64,000 bases of DNA from assembly GCA_963817895.1 (NCBI GenBank), contig CAWFQB010000002.1, positions 693,973 to 757,972 of the forward strand, in the 5' to 3' direction. The position numbers and the translations under genes were made by a program. Source of the DNA: an uncultured Chthonomonadaceae bacterium. GTDB taxonomy: Bacteria > Armatimonadota > Chthonomonadetes > Chthonomonadales > Chthonomonadaceae. Each line of letters starts with the position of its first letter. The first letter of the stretch is position 1. The notes under the pieces are model-generated. The model did no database searches, had not been told where the DNA came from, and saw nothing but the letters and a program-made list of their open reading frames with translations. Below, piece by piece: positions 38,701 through 49,739 of this stretch.

Positions 38701-38966
38701 TACCCTCATCCGGGCAACGCCCACCCTCTCCCTTACAGGCCAAAGCGTCAACTACTCCTCTGGCACATAAATTGTAGGTTTGACAGACACACAAAATTGC
38801 CCATATTGTCTTCCGCCCTGCTGCTCAACAGATAGTTGAACGACAATTAGCCAACCAGATAAACAAGCGTTACACCCCAACCACTCCCCTACCCAACGCA
38901 CCCAACTGCCACATTAGCCTTCTCCCTAGCAGGGAGAAGGTGGCCGAAGGCCGGATGAGGGTAGAA
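38701..38966. repeat. REPIN-like element C (left arm degenerate)
   Basis: taccctcatccgggcaacgcccacc ... actgccacattagccttctccctagcagggagaaggtggccgaaggccggatgagggtagaa. Confidence 0.8.
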
Positions 38967-39446
38967 ACTTCCAAATATTTTCGCAAATACGACGTTGGGA
39001 TACTTCTAAAAACGCCGCCCAATGTTAATATAACGTTGCTTGCCAAAACCGAATACCGTCCCTCAATAACAAGGGAAGGAGGTGCAAAAAGATGCCGGTT
39101 CACATCCGTTCGACTTAACACTATCGAGGTCACGACGCCTCTACTTAAAAACTTGACACAACGAGACCGAGTGCTGGAAGCGCTGCATTGCCACTATTTC
39201 GACGACGTCTCTACATATTTCTTCTACTCCCCTCCTATCCGGCTTCTGCAACGGACAGGCGCAACCCGCGCAATACGCTGGTATACTGATTGTAGGAATT
39301 TAACCCTCACGCGCCTTGACGCCCGTTTCCAGGTGATACGAGGAACCCATTTCATTCTTTATGCCCCTCCGCTCCCTGTACTGTCTGATCGGCTGCGGGC
39401 TTGTTCACAGATTTGGCGACGCTCATTGCCGGAAGGAGAGACCACA

Positions 39447-42004
39447 TTGAAATCGTGGCTCACGCTCGCATTGCCGATCAGTTCCGTTCCGCTTTTGGCG
39501 ACCGCGCTGCTGCTGCCATCGGGCGGACAGACAACGCCGAAGACAAACGCGCCCGCTCCCGCCAAAACCCCTATTAACAGCCACGCCTTCGCGAATTCCG
39601 CGTTTGATAAAACCACCGGGGCGTTTTTTAGCCAGAATTGTACTTCCTGCCACAACAGCAAAGCGAAAGCGGGCGGGCTGGATTTGCAGTCGCTCGGCCA
39701 TGCCGGTTCCATTGTGGAGGTCGTGAAGCGCAACCGCGAAACGTGGGAGAGTATCGTCCGCAAAGTCCGCAGCGGCGAAATGCCGCCGCCCGGTTTGCCC
39801 AAACCCACCGGGGCGCAAATCAAGGCCGTCACGCAGAGCATCCAGACCGAACTGGAACGCGCGGACCGCCTTGCCGCTGCCGACCCCGGACGGGTGACGG
39901 CCCGCCGCCTGAACCGCGCCGAGTACAACAACACCATTCGCGATCTGCTTGCGCGTCAACATTCGGCCCGCCGACGATTTCCCGCAGGACGATTCCGGGT
40001 ACGGCTTCGACAACAACGGCGACGTGCTTTCGCTCTCCCCCTCGCAGATGGATCGGTATGTCGCGGCTGCCGAAAAGATCGCGCGGACAGCCATTTTCGG
40101 GCCGGAAACCCTGAAGCCCACCCTGGCGCGGCACGAGGCTGCCGGGACGCAACATCGTTCCGGCGATCACGCGTTCCGGCCAGTTACGACGCTACCGGGC
40201 TGACCCTTCCCAATTCGCTCCATGCCACGCACGGTTTCCCGTGGATGGCGAATACCTGTTCCGTATTCGATCTGGACGGCGTGCGCCCGCTCGGCTCGGA
40301 AGCGCTGCATCTTGGCGTCTGGATAGACGGCAAGCAGGTGCAGGACGCTGGATTTCGACCCGACCGGCTACGCCGCCTTCAATCCGGACCGTCAGGACTT
40401 TTCCGGCAGAACCGTGGAGTGCCGCCTGCGCGTAACGGCGGGCGACCACTGGATCGCCGCTACCATCGAGCGGATGTACGAGGGCTTGCCGCCGGACTAT
40501 GGCGGCCCGAACCCGTCTCAAAAGACCATTGCCCCGCCGGAGTTCAAGCCGCCGCCCGGCCTGCCGCCGGAGCGGATCGCACAGTTCCGCAAGCGCGTTT
40601 GAAGCCCGCCAGAAAGAAAAAGCGCCCGTCAACGATGTCCGCGTCAGCGGTCTGGAGATCGGCGGGCCGTACGAGCAGGCGAACGGGCCTTCGGAGGAAA
40701 GCCTGCGCAAAGTGTTTACGTGCGGGCATCTGCATGGCGGCCATAACGCCGACTGCGCCCGCAAGATCGTCAGCGATTTCGCGACAGCGCGCCTTCCGCC
40801 GCCCCGTCACGGAACAGGAGATCACTCGGTTCACCAGTCTGGTCGCTCTGGCGCGGCGCAGGGCGACTCGTTCGAGGAGGGAATCTGCCTTGCGCTGCAG
40901 GGGATGCTCGTGTCGCCGCATTTCCTGTACCGGATCGAGCGCGACCCGCCGTTACGCCCGCCAACGCGTCCGCATCTCGATCAGCCAGCACGAACTGGCC
41001 TCGCGCCTGTCCTACTTTCTGTGGAGCAGCATGCCGGACGACGCGCTTGCGCGCCTGCGCGGACAAGCAGACGCTGCGGAATCCCGGCGTTCTGACCGCG
41101 CAGGTTCGGCGGATGCTGAAAGACCCGCGTTCGAGCGCGCTCGCGGAGAACTTTGCCGGGCAGTGGCTGCAGTTCCGCGCGCTCGAATCCGTCAAGCCGG
41201 ACCGAGCAGCGTTTCCCCGATTTCGACGACTATCTGCGCATGTCCATGCGCCGCGAAACCGAACTGTTCTTCGACAACATCATCCGCGACGACCGCAGCA
41301 TCCTCGATCTGCTGGTCGGCAAATACACGTTCCTCAACGGACGGCTTGCCAACTTCTACGGCATTCCCGGCGTGGAGGGGCCGGCATTTCGCCGGGTCGA
41401 TCTGACCGGCACGCCGCGCGGCGGCATTCTGACGCAGGCCAGCGTTCTGACCGTCACCTCGTATGCCAACCGGACCTCGCCCGTGCTGCGCGGCAAATGG
41501 ATACTGGAAAATATCCTGAACGCGCCGCCGCCCGCGCCGCCGCCCGGCGTGCCGAACCTGGATGTGTCCACCGTCGGCTCGGACGCCTCGCTGCGGCAGC
41601 AGTTGGAGGCGCACCGCAAGAACCCGACCTGCGCCGCCTGCCATGCCCGCATGGACCCGCTCGGCTTCGGGCTGGAGAACTTCGACGCCATCGGCGCATG
41701 GCGCGACAACGACGGCAAAATCGCCATTGATGCGTCCGGTTCGCTGCCGGATGGCCGCTCGTTCCAGGGCCCGGACGGACTGAAAGACGATTTTGAAGGC
41801 GGACCGCGACGCCTTTGCGCAGTGCCTGACCGCCAAACTGCTCACCTACGCGCTGGGGCGCGGCCTGGAGCGTTACGACAGCGCGACCGTCAAAACATAT
41901 CACGCAGCATATCGCCGCAAACGACTACCGTTTTTCAAACCTGGTGCTGGAGATCGTCACCAGCAGGCCCTTCCAGATGCGCAGAGGAGACAGAACGCCA
42001 ATGA
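39447..42004 (+). CDS. planctomycete-type cytochrome c / DUF1587-1592-1588-1585 domain protein (many frameshifts)
   Basis: CTSCH, RRLNRAEYNNTIRDL, GFDN, ELASRLSYFLWSSMPD, TSPVLRGKWI, CAACH..MDPLGFGLENFD spread across frames. AAGGAG RBS. Confidence 0.85.
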
Positions 42005-43363
42005 ACTTTCTTACCAACAACCATTTCTCGCGCCGAACGTTTCTGCGCGGCGTGGGCGCGGCCATCGCGCTGCCCGATGCTGGACGCCATGACGCCCGCG
42101 CTCGCCTCTGCGGGCCGCGTCAGCAAATCGCCCGTCCGCCTTGTCTTCGCCTATGTGCCCGAACGGCATCATCATGAAGGACTGGACGCCCGAAAGCAGT
42201 GGGGAGCGGGTACGAAATGACGCGCATTCTCGCCCCGCTGAAAGCGTATCGCGACGACATGCTGCTGCTCTCCGGGCTTGCCGACCACAACGGGAACGAA
42301 CTGGGCGACGGCCCCGGCGACCATGCCCGCGCGGGCGCGTCGTTTCTGACGGGCGTTCACTGCCAGAAGACGAGCGGCGCGGACATTCACAGCGGCGTTT
42401 CGGCGGATCAGATCGCGGCGCCGGCGTTCGCCTCGCAGACCCGCTTCGCCTCGCTCGAATTGGGCTGCGAGGACTCGCGCACCGTCGGCAACTGCGATTC
42501 CGGGTATAGCTGCGCCTACACCAACAGCATCTCCTGGCGCAGTCCCACCACGCCCATGCCGCCGGAAGTGAACCCGCGCCTGGTGTTCGAGCGGCTGTTC
42601 GGCACGGAAGATTTCGCGCTCGACCCGGCAACCCGCGCCCGCCGCGCGCCGTACCGCAAGAGCATTCTGGACATGGTGCGCGAAGACACGCAGACGCTTA
42701 CCGGCACACTGGGCCAGGCCGACCGGCGCAAAATGGACGAGTATCTGACCGTCCGTCCGCGAGATCGAGATGCGCATCCAGAACGCGGAGCGGGACAATC
42801 ACGCCGTTTCGCCGGGCATCGAAAAGCCGGACGGCATTCCCGTCACGTTCGGCGAGTATGTGTCCCTGATGTTCGATCTGCAGGTGGCGGCGTTCCGGGC
42901 GGACCTGACGCGCGTTTCGACGATGATGATCGGGCGCGAGGGCAGCATGCGAACCTATCCGGAAATCAACATCGCGGACAGCCACCATCCGCTGACGCAC
43001 CATCGCAACAACCCGGAATTCATCGAAAAGGTGACGCAGATCAACACGCTTCCACACCGACCTGTTCGCGCGACTTCCTGGGCAAACTGAAAGCCACGCA
43101 GGACGGCGACGGCACGCTGCTCGACAACTCCCTGGTCGTCTACGGCAGCGGACTCAGCGACGGCAACCGCCACACCCACGAAAACCTGCCCATTCTGGTT
43201 GCCGGACGGGGCGGCGGCAGCGATCAAGCCCGGCCGCCACATCGCCTACGACAGAGAGACGCCCGTCGCCAACCTGTACATGACCCTGCTGGATCGCGCG
43301 GGCGTTCATCCCGACTCGATCGGCGACAGCACCGGCAAACTGGTTCAACTCGATCAAGTGTAG
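42001..43363 (+). CDS. DUF1552 domain protein, Tat signal (many frameshifts)
   Basis: SRRTFLRG, PNG, SADQ.AA, SLELG, NPR.VFERLFG, HHPLTHH, DGTLLDN, H.H.NLP, GDSTG. Confidence 0.85.
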
Positions 43364-43368
43364 TTTAT

Positions 43369-43521
43369 TTCACCACCAAGACACAAAGAACACCAAGAGG
43401 AAAAAAGGAGAAGAAAAGGAAATAAAGTCATAGCGCGAATGGTTGCTGGATACTATCCGCTTGTTCTTTCCTTCTCTTCTTTACTTGTTGTTCCTGGTGT
43501 TCTTGGTGTCTTGGTGGTGAA
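43369..43521. repeat. inverted repeat of CACCAAGAA-type 9-mer units
   Basis: ttcaccaccaagacacaaagaacaccaag ... cctggtgttcttggtgtcttggtggtgaa. Second copy at 44642-44770. Confidence 0.8.
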
Positions 43522-43542
43522 TAATTATGAGGAGATTTTTCA

Positions 43543-44629
43543 ATGCAGAAAATAGCAGCATACGCGCTCAGTTTTGGCCTTGCGGGAACGGTGGCAGTGG
43601 CGCTGGCGCAGGTTCCCGCGCCGCAAACAACGCCGGGACAAACAACAACGCCTGTACCGACGACTCCGGCGCAACCGGGGGCGCGGCGACAGGCGCAGAT
43701 GCCGCCCGGTCCGAATCCGAACTCGCAATACCGGCTCGGCCCCGACTCGCTGCCGCAGGAGGGCGTTCCGAAGGGCGAGATCAAGGGGCCGTTTACCTGC
43801 CAAGCAAGGTCTATCCGGGCACGCAGCACACCTATTGGGTCTACGTGCCCGCGCAGTACGACCCGGCGGTTCCCGCCGCCCTGATGGTGTATCAGGACGG
43901 GCAGGCGTTCAAGGATGAAAACGGCGATATGCGGGCGCAGAACGTGATGGACAACCTCATCTATCGGCGCGAGATTCCCGTGATGATCGGCGTGTTCATC
44001 AATCCGGGGCGCACGCCCGAACAGCCGGAACCCACGCCGCAGAGATTGGGGCGACGGCAACACCAACCGCGGCACGGAATACAACACGCCCGACGACAAG
44101 TACGCGCGGGTGATTACCGAAGAACTGATGCCCGCGCTGGACAAGGAGTACAACATCTCGAAAGACCCGGAAATGCACGGTATCGGCGGGTCGAGTTCGG
44201 GCGCGATCGCCGCGTTCATGGTGGCGTGGGAGCGTCCCAACGCGTTCCGCAAGGTGTTGAGCAACGTGGGCAGTTTCGTGAACCTGCGGGGCGGCGACGT
44301 CTACCCGGAGCGCGTTCTGGCAAGCGAGAAGAAGCCGATCCACGTCTTTTTGTGCGACGGGCGCAACGACAACCGGGGACAGGGGCGCAACGGCGACTTA
44401 CGACCAGAAGCGCGACTGGTTCTACCAGAACGTGCGCCTGATGAAGGCCTTATCGCAGAAGGGCTACGACGTGAACTACTCGTGGGGCATGAACCTGCAC
44501 GGCCAGAAGTTCGGCGGCGCGATCATGCCCGACATGATGCGCTGGCTGTGGCGCGACGGCCCGGTCTCCACCGACCCCAACGACATGATCGAGCGTTCCT
44601 TCCGCCAACCCGCCGCCAAGAAGAATTAG
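43543..44629 (+). CDS. secreted enterochelin esterase-like alpha/beta hydrolase (frameshifted)
   Basis: Signal peptide, [19 protein letters not shown] nucleophile elbow, H..KFGG. Confidence 0.85.
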
Positions 44630-44641
44630 CGTGTTTTAATT

Positions 44642-44770
44642 TTCACCACCAAGACACGAAGAACACCAAGAGAAAACAGGCAAGTAAAAAGGCACAGGAC
44701 CGGCCATGTTTCGTTCTCTCCTGCATTTCCCAACGTCTTTCTTCGCGTTCTGCTTGGTGTTCTTCGTATC
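44642..44770. repeat. second CACCAAGAA-type inverted repeat
   Basis: ttcaccaccaagacacgaagaacaccaag ... cttggtgttcttcgtatc. Confidence 0.7.
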
Positions 44771-44892
44771 GTGTGTTCGCATATAGGTACTGACGTCGCT
44801 TTGTCAGCACCCATCAAAGAAGGTGTTAGGACATTCAACAGCGAATATATTTGTGATTCCTATCTACTCCCGAATGCCGTGAGGATTATTGC

Positions 44893-44968
44893 ATGTCAGA
44901 CTTAGCTCTGTTTGATGAACTAACTGCGATTGATATACATCTCTCAAACTTGTTTCTCGACCCAAACA
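44893..44968 (+). pseudogene. 5' stub of a gene cut by IS256 (MSDLALFDELTAIDIHLSNLFLDPN)
   Basis: GAGG RBS + ATG. LxLDPN resembles the start of ParB/Srx-like LDPxNPR domains. Ends exactly at the IS boundary. Confidence 0.5.
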
Positions 44969-46310
44969 GGTTATGTCAAGTGTTTTCTGTAAAATAGTTG
45001 GTGGCTCCTTTTGGAAGCCGTTTGTCGTATAGTCTTCGTCCGCTTAGTCGTCGAAGGTCAGGTAGACTTTGCCTGTTTCCCACTCGTCGCTGATCTCCAT
45101 CAGAATGGCAGAAACCAGACGCAGGCACGACGCTTCATTGGGAAACTGACGGCACACGCGCGTTCGTCTTCGCACTTCCTGGTTGACGCGCTCCAAGCCG
45201 TTGGTGGTGCGCAGCAAACGGCGATGCGCTTCGGGAAAGGCTAGGACGCTCAAGCCTTCCGGCAGATTGGCTTCGGCCCACAGCGCCAGTTTCGGGTTGG
45301 TCTTGTTCCACTCCCCGACCTGTCGGCACAGCATTCCTTCCGCTTGCTCCCGATTGGGCGCGTTAAAGATAGCGCGAATGGCGGCGGCAACGGGCGCTTT
45401 TTGCTCCTGCTTGAGGACATAGGCCTGGGCATTTTGCTGCAAGTGGAACTGACAGCGTTGCCAGGGGACGCCGCCGAAGACCGCTTTGCGCGCGGCTTTG
45501 AGACCGCCATGATCGTCACTGACGAGCAGGCGCACCCCACACAGCCCGCGCATGGTCAGGCTCTGGAGGAACTGCCGCCAATGCACTTCGGCTTCCGAGA
45601 GCGAACACGACACGCCCAAAATCTGGCGCTTGCCTTCTTTATTGACGCCCAGCGCGAGGAGGATTGCCATATCCCGGTTCTGACCGTCCACGCGCACTGT
45701 CTCGTAGCGGGCGTCCAGAGACACATACCGGAACTCGCCGAGCGGACGGTTGCGCCACGTTTCCAAGAGGCTGTCCAGTTCCGCTGCCGCCTTGCTCACC
45801 TGACTGGCCGACACCGCGCAGCCGCAAAGTTGTTCGGTGATAGCCGCAACCCGGCGGGTGGCAACGCCCTGCACGTACATTTCGGCTAAGGCGAGTTTGA
45901 GCGCCCGTTCGCTGCGGATACCTTTCTCTAAAGCCGACGGATAGAAGCCGCCTCCGCGCACTTGCGGCACAGCCACCGTAATGCGTCCCATGCGGGTAGC
46001 GAGCGTCTTGTCTTTGAAGCCGTTGGCATGGGCCTGCCGTTCTTCGGTGCGCTCATACGGGCGCGCTTGCAGATGCCGTTGGCGCTCCATGAGCATCGCC
46101 GCGTTGAGCAGAAGACGGAACGCATCGGGCAGCGCGTCTAAACCGTTGTCGGCGAGGCTTTCCAAAAAGTCCTCAGGCAGAGTAAAATAGGGCTGGTCGG
46201 TCATGGGTCTTGTTCTCCTTTTTAGGTGTGGCAACCAAAAGGATACACCATGACCGGCCTATGCTGCATACAGCAGCCGATCCTATTTACAGAAAGAAGT
46301 GTACACTACC
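44969..46310 (-). mobile_element. IS256-family insertion sequence
   Basis: Imperfect TIRs ggttatgtcaagtgttttctgtaaaatag / ctatttacagaaagaagtgtacactacc around a Mutator-type transposase. No matching TSD. Confidence 0.92.
45044..46204 (-). CDS. IS256-family DDE transposase
   Basis: EMYVQGV.TR, LDA, SDDH.GL, WQRCQFH, RTTN.LER.NQE. AGGAG RBS. Confidence 0.95.
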   Translation of the reverse strand: MTDQPYFTLPEDFLESLADNGLDALPDAFRLLLNAAMLMERQRHLQARPYERTEERQAHANGFKDKTLATRMGRITVAVPQVRGGGFYPSALEKGIRSERALKLALAEMYVQGVATRRVAAITEQLCGCAVSASQVSKAAAELDSLLETWRNRPLGEFRYVSLDARYETVRVDGQNRDMAILLALGVNKEGKRQILGVSCSLSEAEVHWRQFLQSLTMRGLCGVRLLVSDDHGGLKAARKAVFGGVPWQRCQFHLQQNAQAYVLKQEQKAPVAAAIRAIFNAPNREQAEGMLCRQVGEWNKTNPKLALWAEANLPEGLSVLAFPEAHRRLLRTTNGLERVNQEVRRRTRVCRQFPNEASCLRLVSAILMEISDEWETGKVYLTFDD

Positions 46311-46824
46311 ACAACGTCCCACGCCTACCGCTTGGCATCTGGCGCAGAAGGCTGTTGTGTGTCTGCATCCGGTGACACTGTTCGGTAAGGTGATCTGGCC
46401 CGAGACCACAAATTAAACGGGATACCAGTATAGTAGTTCGTCCCTTGTCCTGAAATTCGTCATCCGCAATATTCCAAACGCTATTTTGAACCAAAAATTC
46501 GCTTGAATTGCTCGTCCGGCGCGACTACGTGATAATCCCTTGTATCGCTATAAGATAGTCCCCAAGCAGTCGAACTCCGAATTCTTGCAACAAACCTTAA
46601 AAGGCCGTGGGAAGGCATGTAGCTATGTGTCTACGTTCACACTTCAACCCGGCAATTGAAGAAATTCCGCTTCCTCTGCTTTTTTCCAATTTTGCTGCCT
46701 CAACCCTTTTTGCGGGTAGACTGTAACCATTGAAACGAACGATTCAGCAAACACCACGCGATCATCTGTAATTCCCCACCCTAATTTCTGCTTTGTGCCG
46801 CCTTATACAGGATGAGAATGCTGT

Positions 46825-48915
46825 TTACGGTTTTGCTCCCGTTGCGCCTCCCTCTATCGTGATGGTGAACGTGTGGAATAACTCCTGGCCCGAACGGTCG
46901 CGGATGGTGACGATGATGTTCTCCACCGCAGGGGCGTACCCGGCAGGCACGTCCCATTCCAGAACACCCTGTGGGGAAAGCGTCATGCCCTTCGGCCCGC
47001 TGTCCAGCTTGTACTGCAAGCCGCCGCGCCGCGATTGGCTCTGAATCACATAGCGATAGTGCTTGCCAGGGCGGGCGGCGCGCACAGGGCTGGAGCTGAC
47101 GAACAGATAATCTATGTCCGCCTTGTTCAGCGCGTCCGTCAGGTTGAAGCGGCGCAGGGTCAGGTGGGTACGGGTATCGGCGAGGGTAACGATCAGGTTG
47201 GCGGCGGGCAGGAAGAGGAGGCGTTTTTCCAGCGTGAACCTGTCCCGGCCCCACCCGTCGGGAGCGTTCAGTTCGGGAAACGGGGGCAGGGTGAGCAGCA
47301 GGCGATGGTCGGTAGCCGCGTACACCGAAACCACCGCCGGCTTCTTGTCGAATCCGCCCTCGTTGCGTACGCCCAGGTAGTAGCTGTTGCTGAAAGCGGG
47401 AACGCACGACATTTTGACCGTCTGTTCCGCGTCCAGCGGTTTGAGTCCCTCGCTCAGCAGGCCCGTCGAAGTGCCAATAAAACTGCCGTCCATGCCCGGA
47501 AGCGCGAAGCCGTTCCCGCCTCCTTCCCGCCCGCTCACATGATCGCCCTGAAACGTCATGGCGGCGACCATGCTGGGCGAAGTGCCTGGACTGGAGGAAG
47601 TAAATACCGTTCCATCCACCGAAGCCCACAGCGCGAACGCGTTCTCGCCGTCCCCGCCGAACCCCGCCACGTCGAAATTGCCCGGTATGCGGCGCATGGC
47701 GAGAACGTCGTAGAACAGGAAATGATTGGTGTAGGAAGCGTTGACAATCAGCAGCGGCCCCTGCGAACCGGCCCCCATCACGATGTTTTTGATCGGTTCG
47801 GAGTTGTCGAACGGCACGTTTGCCTCGCGTTCCAGCGTGTCCAGGTTCCACCTTTGCAGAATGTTGAGGTCGCGCAACAGCACGATGGCTTTGTGCGCGC
47901 CAGCGGTGAACATCACGTTATCGGAGCCGAGCGGGATGTACCCCCCTATCCGGCCCAGGTTGGCATCGAAGACGGCCAGTTTCCGCAGTTTGGGCAGGCG
48001 CAGAAGCAGGTAGCGGCCCGCGCCTCCGATAGCCGCCCCGTCCGCCTCGGACGGCAAAGCAACGTCTACCTGGTCGGCGGCGAGCGGGGGCGGCGTGATA
48101 GTGACGGGCGGGGCGGGAGGTATCACATAGGGAGGGGAAGGGCGTTTAGGTGCTTCCGGCGCATCGGGAGGGGTGGGGCGATTGGCTGCGGCAGGATTTT
48201 CGCGGGATGGAGCCGGGTCGGAAAGCCGATTTTGCAAAAAGGCGTTGACAACCCCGGTCGGTATTGCTAAATCAATGCCCGAACCAGGAATGCCCGCCTG
48301 CACCACGCCCACCACTTCTCCCTGATTGTTCACAATCGGCCCGCCGGAATTGCCGGGATTGAGGGCCGCGTCGAGCTGCACCCGCGCCAACACGCCATTG
48401 CGCTTACGCAGCGAGGAGACGTGTCCTATCGTGACCGTGACGCCGGGGTACTCGTCCCCTTTTTCGGCCAGGGCGGTTCCGAACGGATAGCCGAACGCGG
48501 TCACGGGCATGGTCTCGCGCAGCGCCTCGGAATGGCCGAGGGGCAGCATGGTAAAGGTGGCTTTCGCCACTTTGAGCAGAGCGAGATCGGCCTGCTGGCT
48601 TGCGCGCACGACGTGGGCGGTGTAGATTTCCTGGTTGTGCTCGCCCGAATGCACGACCAGGCGCACCGTGCCGCCTGCCGCGCCCGCAACGTGCTGATTG
48701 GTGAGGAAAAGCCCCTGCGCGTCAATGCAAAACGCCGTTCCGGTCGCATGGGTGTCCGTCCGCTCCACCAGGGCGGTCGCCTGCTTGCCCTTTTCCAGCA
48801 GCCGCGATGTGAGCTGCGCTCGCGTTGCCGTTGTACAAAGCGCCAGCAGGCACAGAATTTGCAGAGACCAACGCGCCACAGAGACCGGACGCAAACTTCG
48901 GGTGTTCATGGACAT
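46825..48915 (-). CDS. secreted trypsin-like serine protease with propeller-like region and C-terminal putative Ig domain
   Basis: TNQHV, DLALL, NPGNSGGP triad, Pro-rich linker, Y.LDSGP.GMT....G.L.W Ig motif. Start uncertain. Confidence 0.85.
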   Translation of the reverse strand: MSMNTRSLRPVSVARWSLQILCLLALCTTATRAQLTSRLLEKGKQATALVERTDTHATGTAFCIDAQGLFLTNQHVAGAAGGTVRLVVHSGEHNQEIYTAHVVRASQQADLALLKVAKATFTMLPLGHSEALRETMPVTAFGYPFGTALAEKGDEYPGVTVTIGHVSSLRKRNGVLARVQLDAALNPGNSGGPIVNNQGEVVGVVQAGIPGSGIDLAIPTGVVNAFLQNRLSDPAPSRENPAAANRPTPPDAPEAPKRPSPPYVIPPAPPVTITPPPLAADQVDVALPSEADGAAIGGAGRYLLLRLPKLRKLAVFDANLGRIGGYIPLGSDNVMFTAGAHKAIVLLRDLNILQRWNLDTLEREANVPFDNSEPIKNIVMGAGSQGPLLIVNASYTNHFLFYDVLAMRRIPGNFDVAGFGGDGENAFALWASVDGTVFTSSSPGTSPSMVAAMTFQGDHVSGREGGGNGFALPGMDGSFIGTSTGLLSEGLKPLDAEQTVKMSCVPAFSNSYYLGVRNEGGFDKKPAVVSVYAATDHRLLLTLPPFPELNAPDGWGRDRFTLEKRLLFLPAANLIVTLADTRTHLTLRRFNLTDALNKADIDYLFVSSSPVRAARPGKHYRYVIQSQSRRGGLQYKLDSGPKGMTLSPQGVLEWDVPAGYAPAVENIIVTIRDRSGQELFHTFTITIEGGATGAKP

Positions 48916-49739
48916 GCTCCCCGGCGAACCCAAGCACAAGCCTCGTGGAGTAGACGGGTGCATGGACGCCAGCATAAATATGCAGCAGGCTACTGGCCTG
49001 TTCGCCATAAGCGGCGGCGTCTCCTGCTCTTTCTTTTGGCAACTGCGATTCGGAAAGGTTCTCAATCTCATAATTTTCGTCAAGTTGCCTGAATTGCTCG
49101 CTTAATGACACATTCAACCTCAAAATGAGACTGTTTTTGGACAACAGGCTATTTAGCAACCAACGATGAGATAGGAAAATTTTCTAACCTTTCCGAATTG
49201 CAGTTTGGCAAGCTACTCTGCGAACGCAAATGCTTGTAAACCGACGTGTCGCGTCCGTGGGTCGGGCGAAGCGCACCGCCAGCCACCTGATCGCTAGTTT
49301 TGAGCCACCGGCAGTTACCTCTGCCGTTCGATTGAGAGAAAGCGCGAAAGCCATCTTTGTTCTTGCTCTACTTTTCGTCTTTAGCAAGACTCATTTTCCT
49401 TTTCACTGATTTTCACGCGCTACATGCAGAAACCGCCTCGTACATCCTGCATATTTCCATGTGCAACGCCTGTAGAAATGCTGCGTTGGGATTTACGCCC
49501 GAAAAGACGCATTGCCTGGCGTACAAAGAACCGACGCATTTTTGCACAATCCCCACCCCGAACGATTGCTCTTCCGGGGTGTTTCTCCGCCAAGCAAGTC
49601 GCCATACAGATAAGCCCGTTCGGCATCTAAAGCTGGCTCCAGAATAGGCAGCATAATAACGCCTTAATTTGTCTACGTTCACGTATCAACGGAGCAGATG
49701 AGTTAGATCCGCGTCCTATTGGTGAAGATTACTATTCGA

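Noticed and set aside
32964..38966. CRISPR array
   Set aside because: Repeats are inverted pairs kilobases apart, not regularly spaced direct repeats; no cas genes.
38940..39446. N-terminal extension of the 821-aa ORF
   Set aside because: Starts inside a REP arm; the RBS and signal peptide point to TTG 39447.
49184..49682. Short ORFs between protease and recombinase
   Set aside because: No recognisable motifs, RBS or consistent frame; possibly decayed DNA.
46628..49690. TGTCTACGTTCAC(N3)TCAAC direct repeat (46628-46648, 49670-49690) as attL/attR around the protease gene
   Set aside because: Only 13 bp exact, which can arise by chance in 64 kb, and it excludes the recombinase gene. Kept only as a weak possibility.
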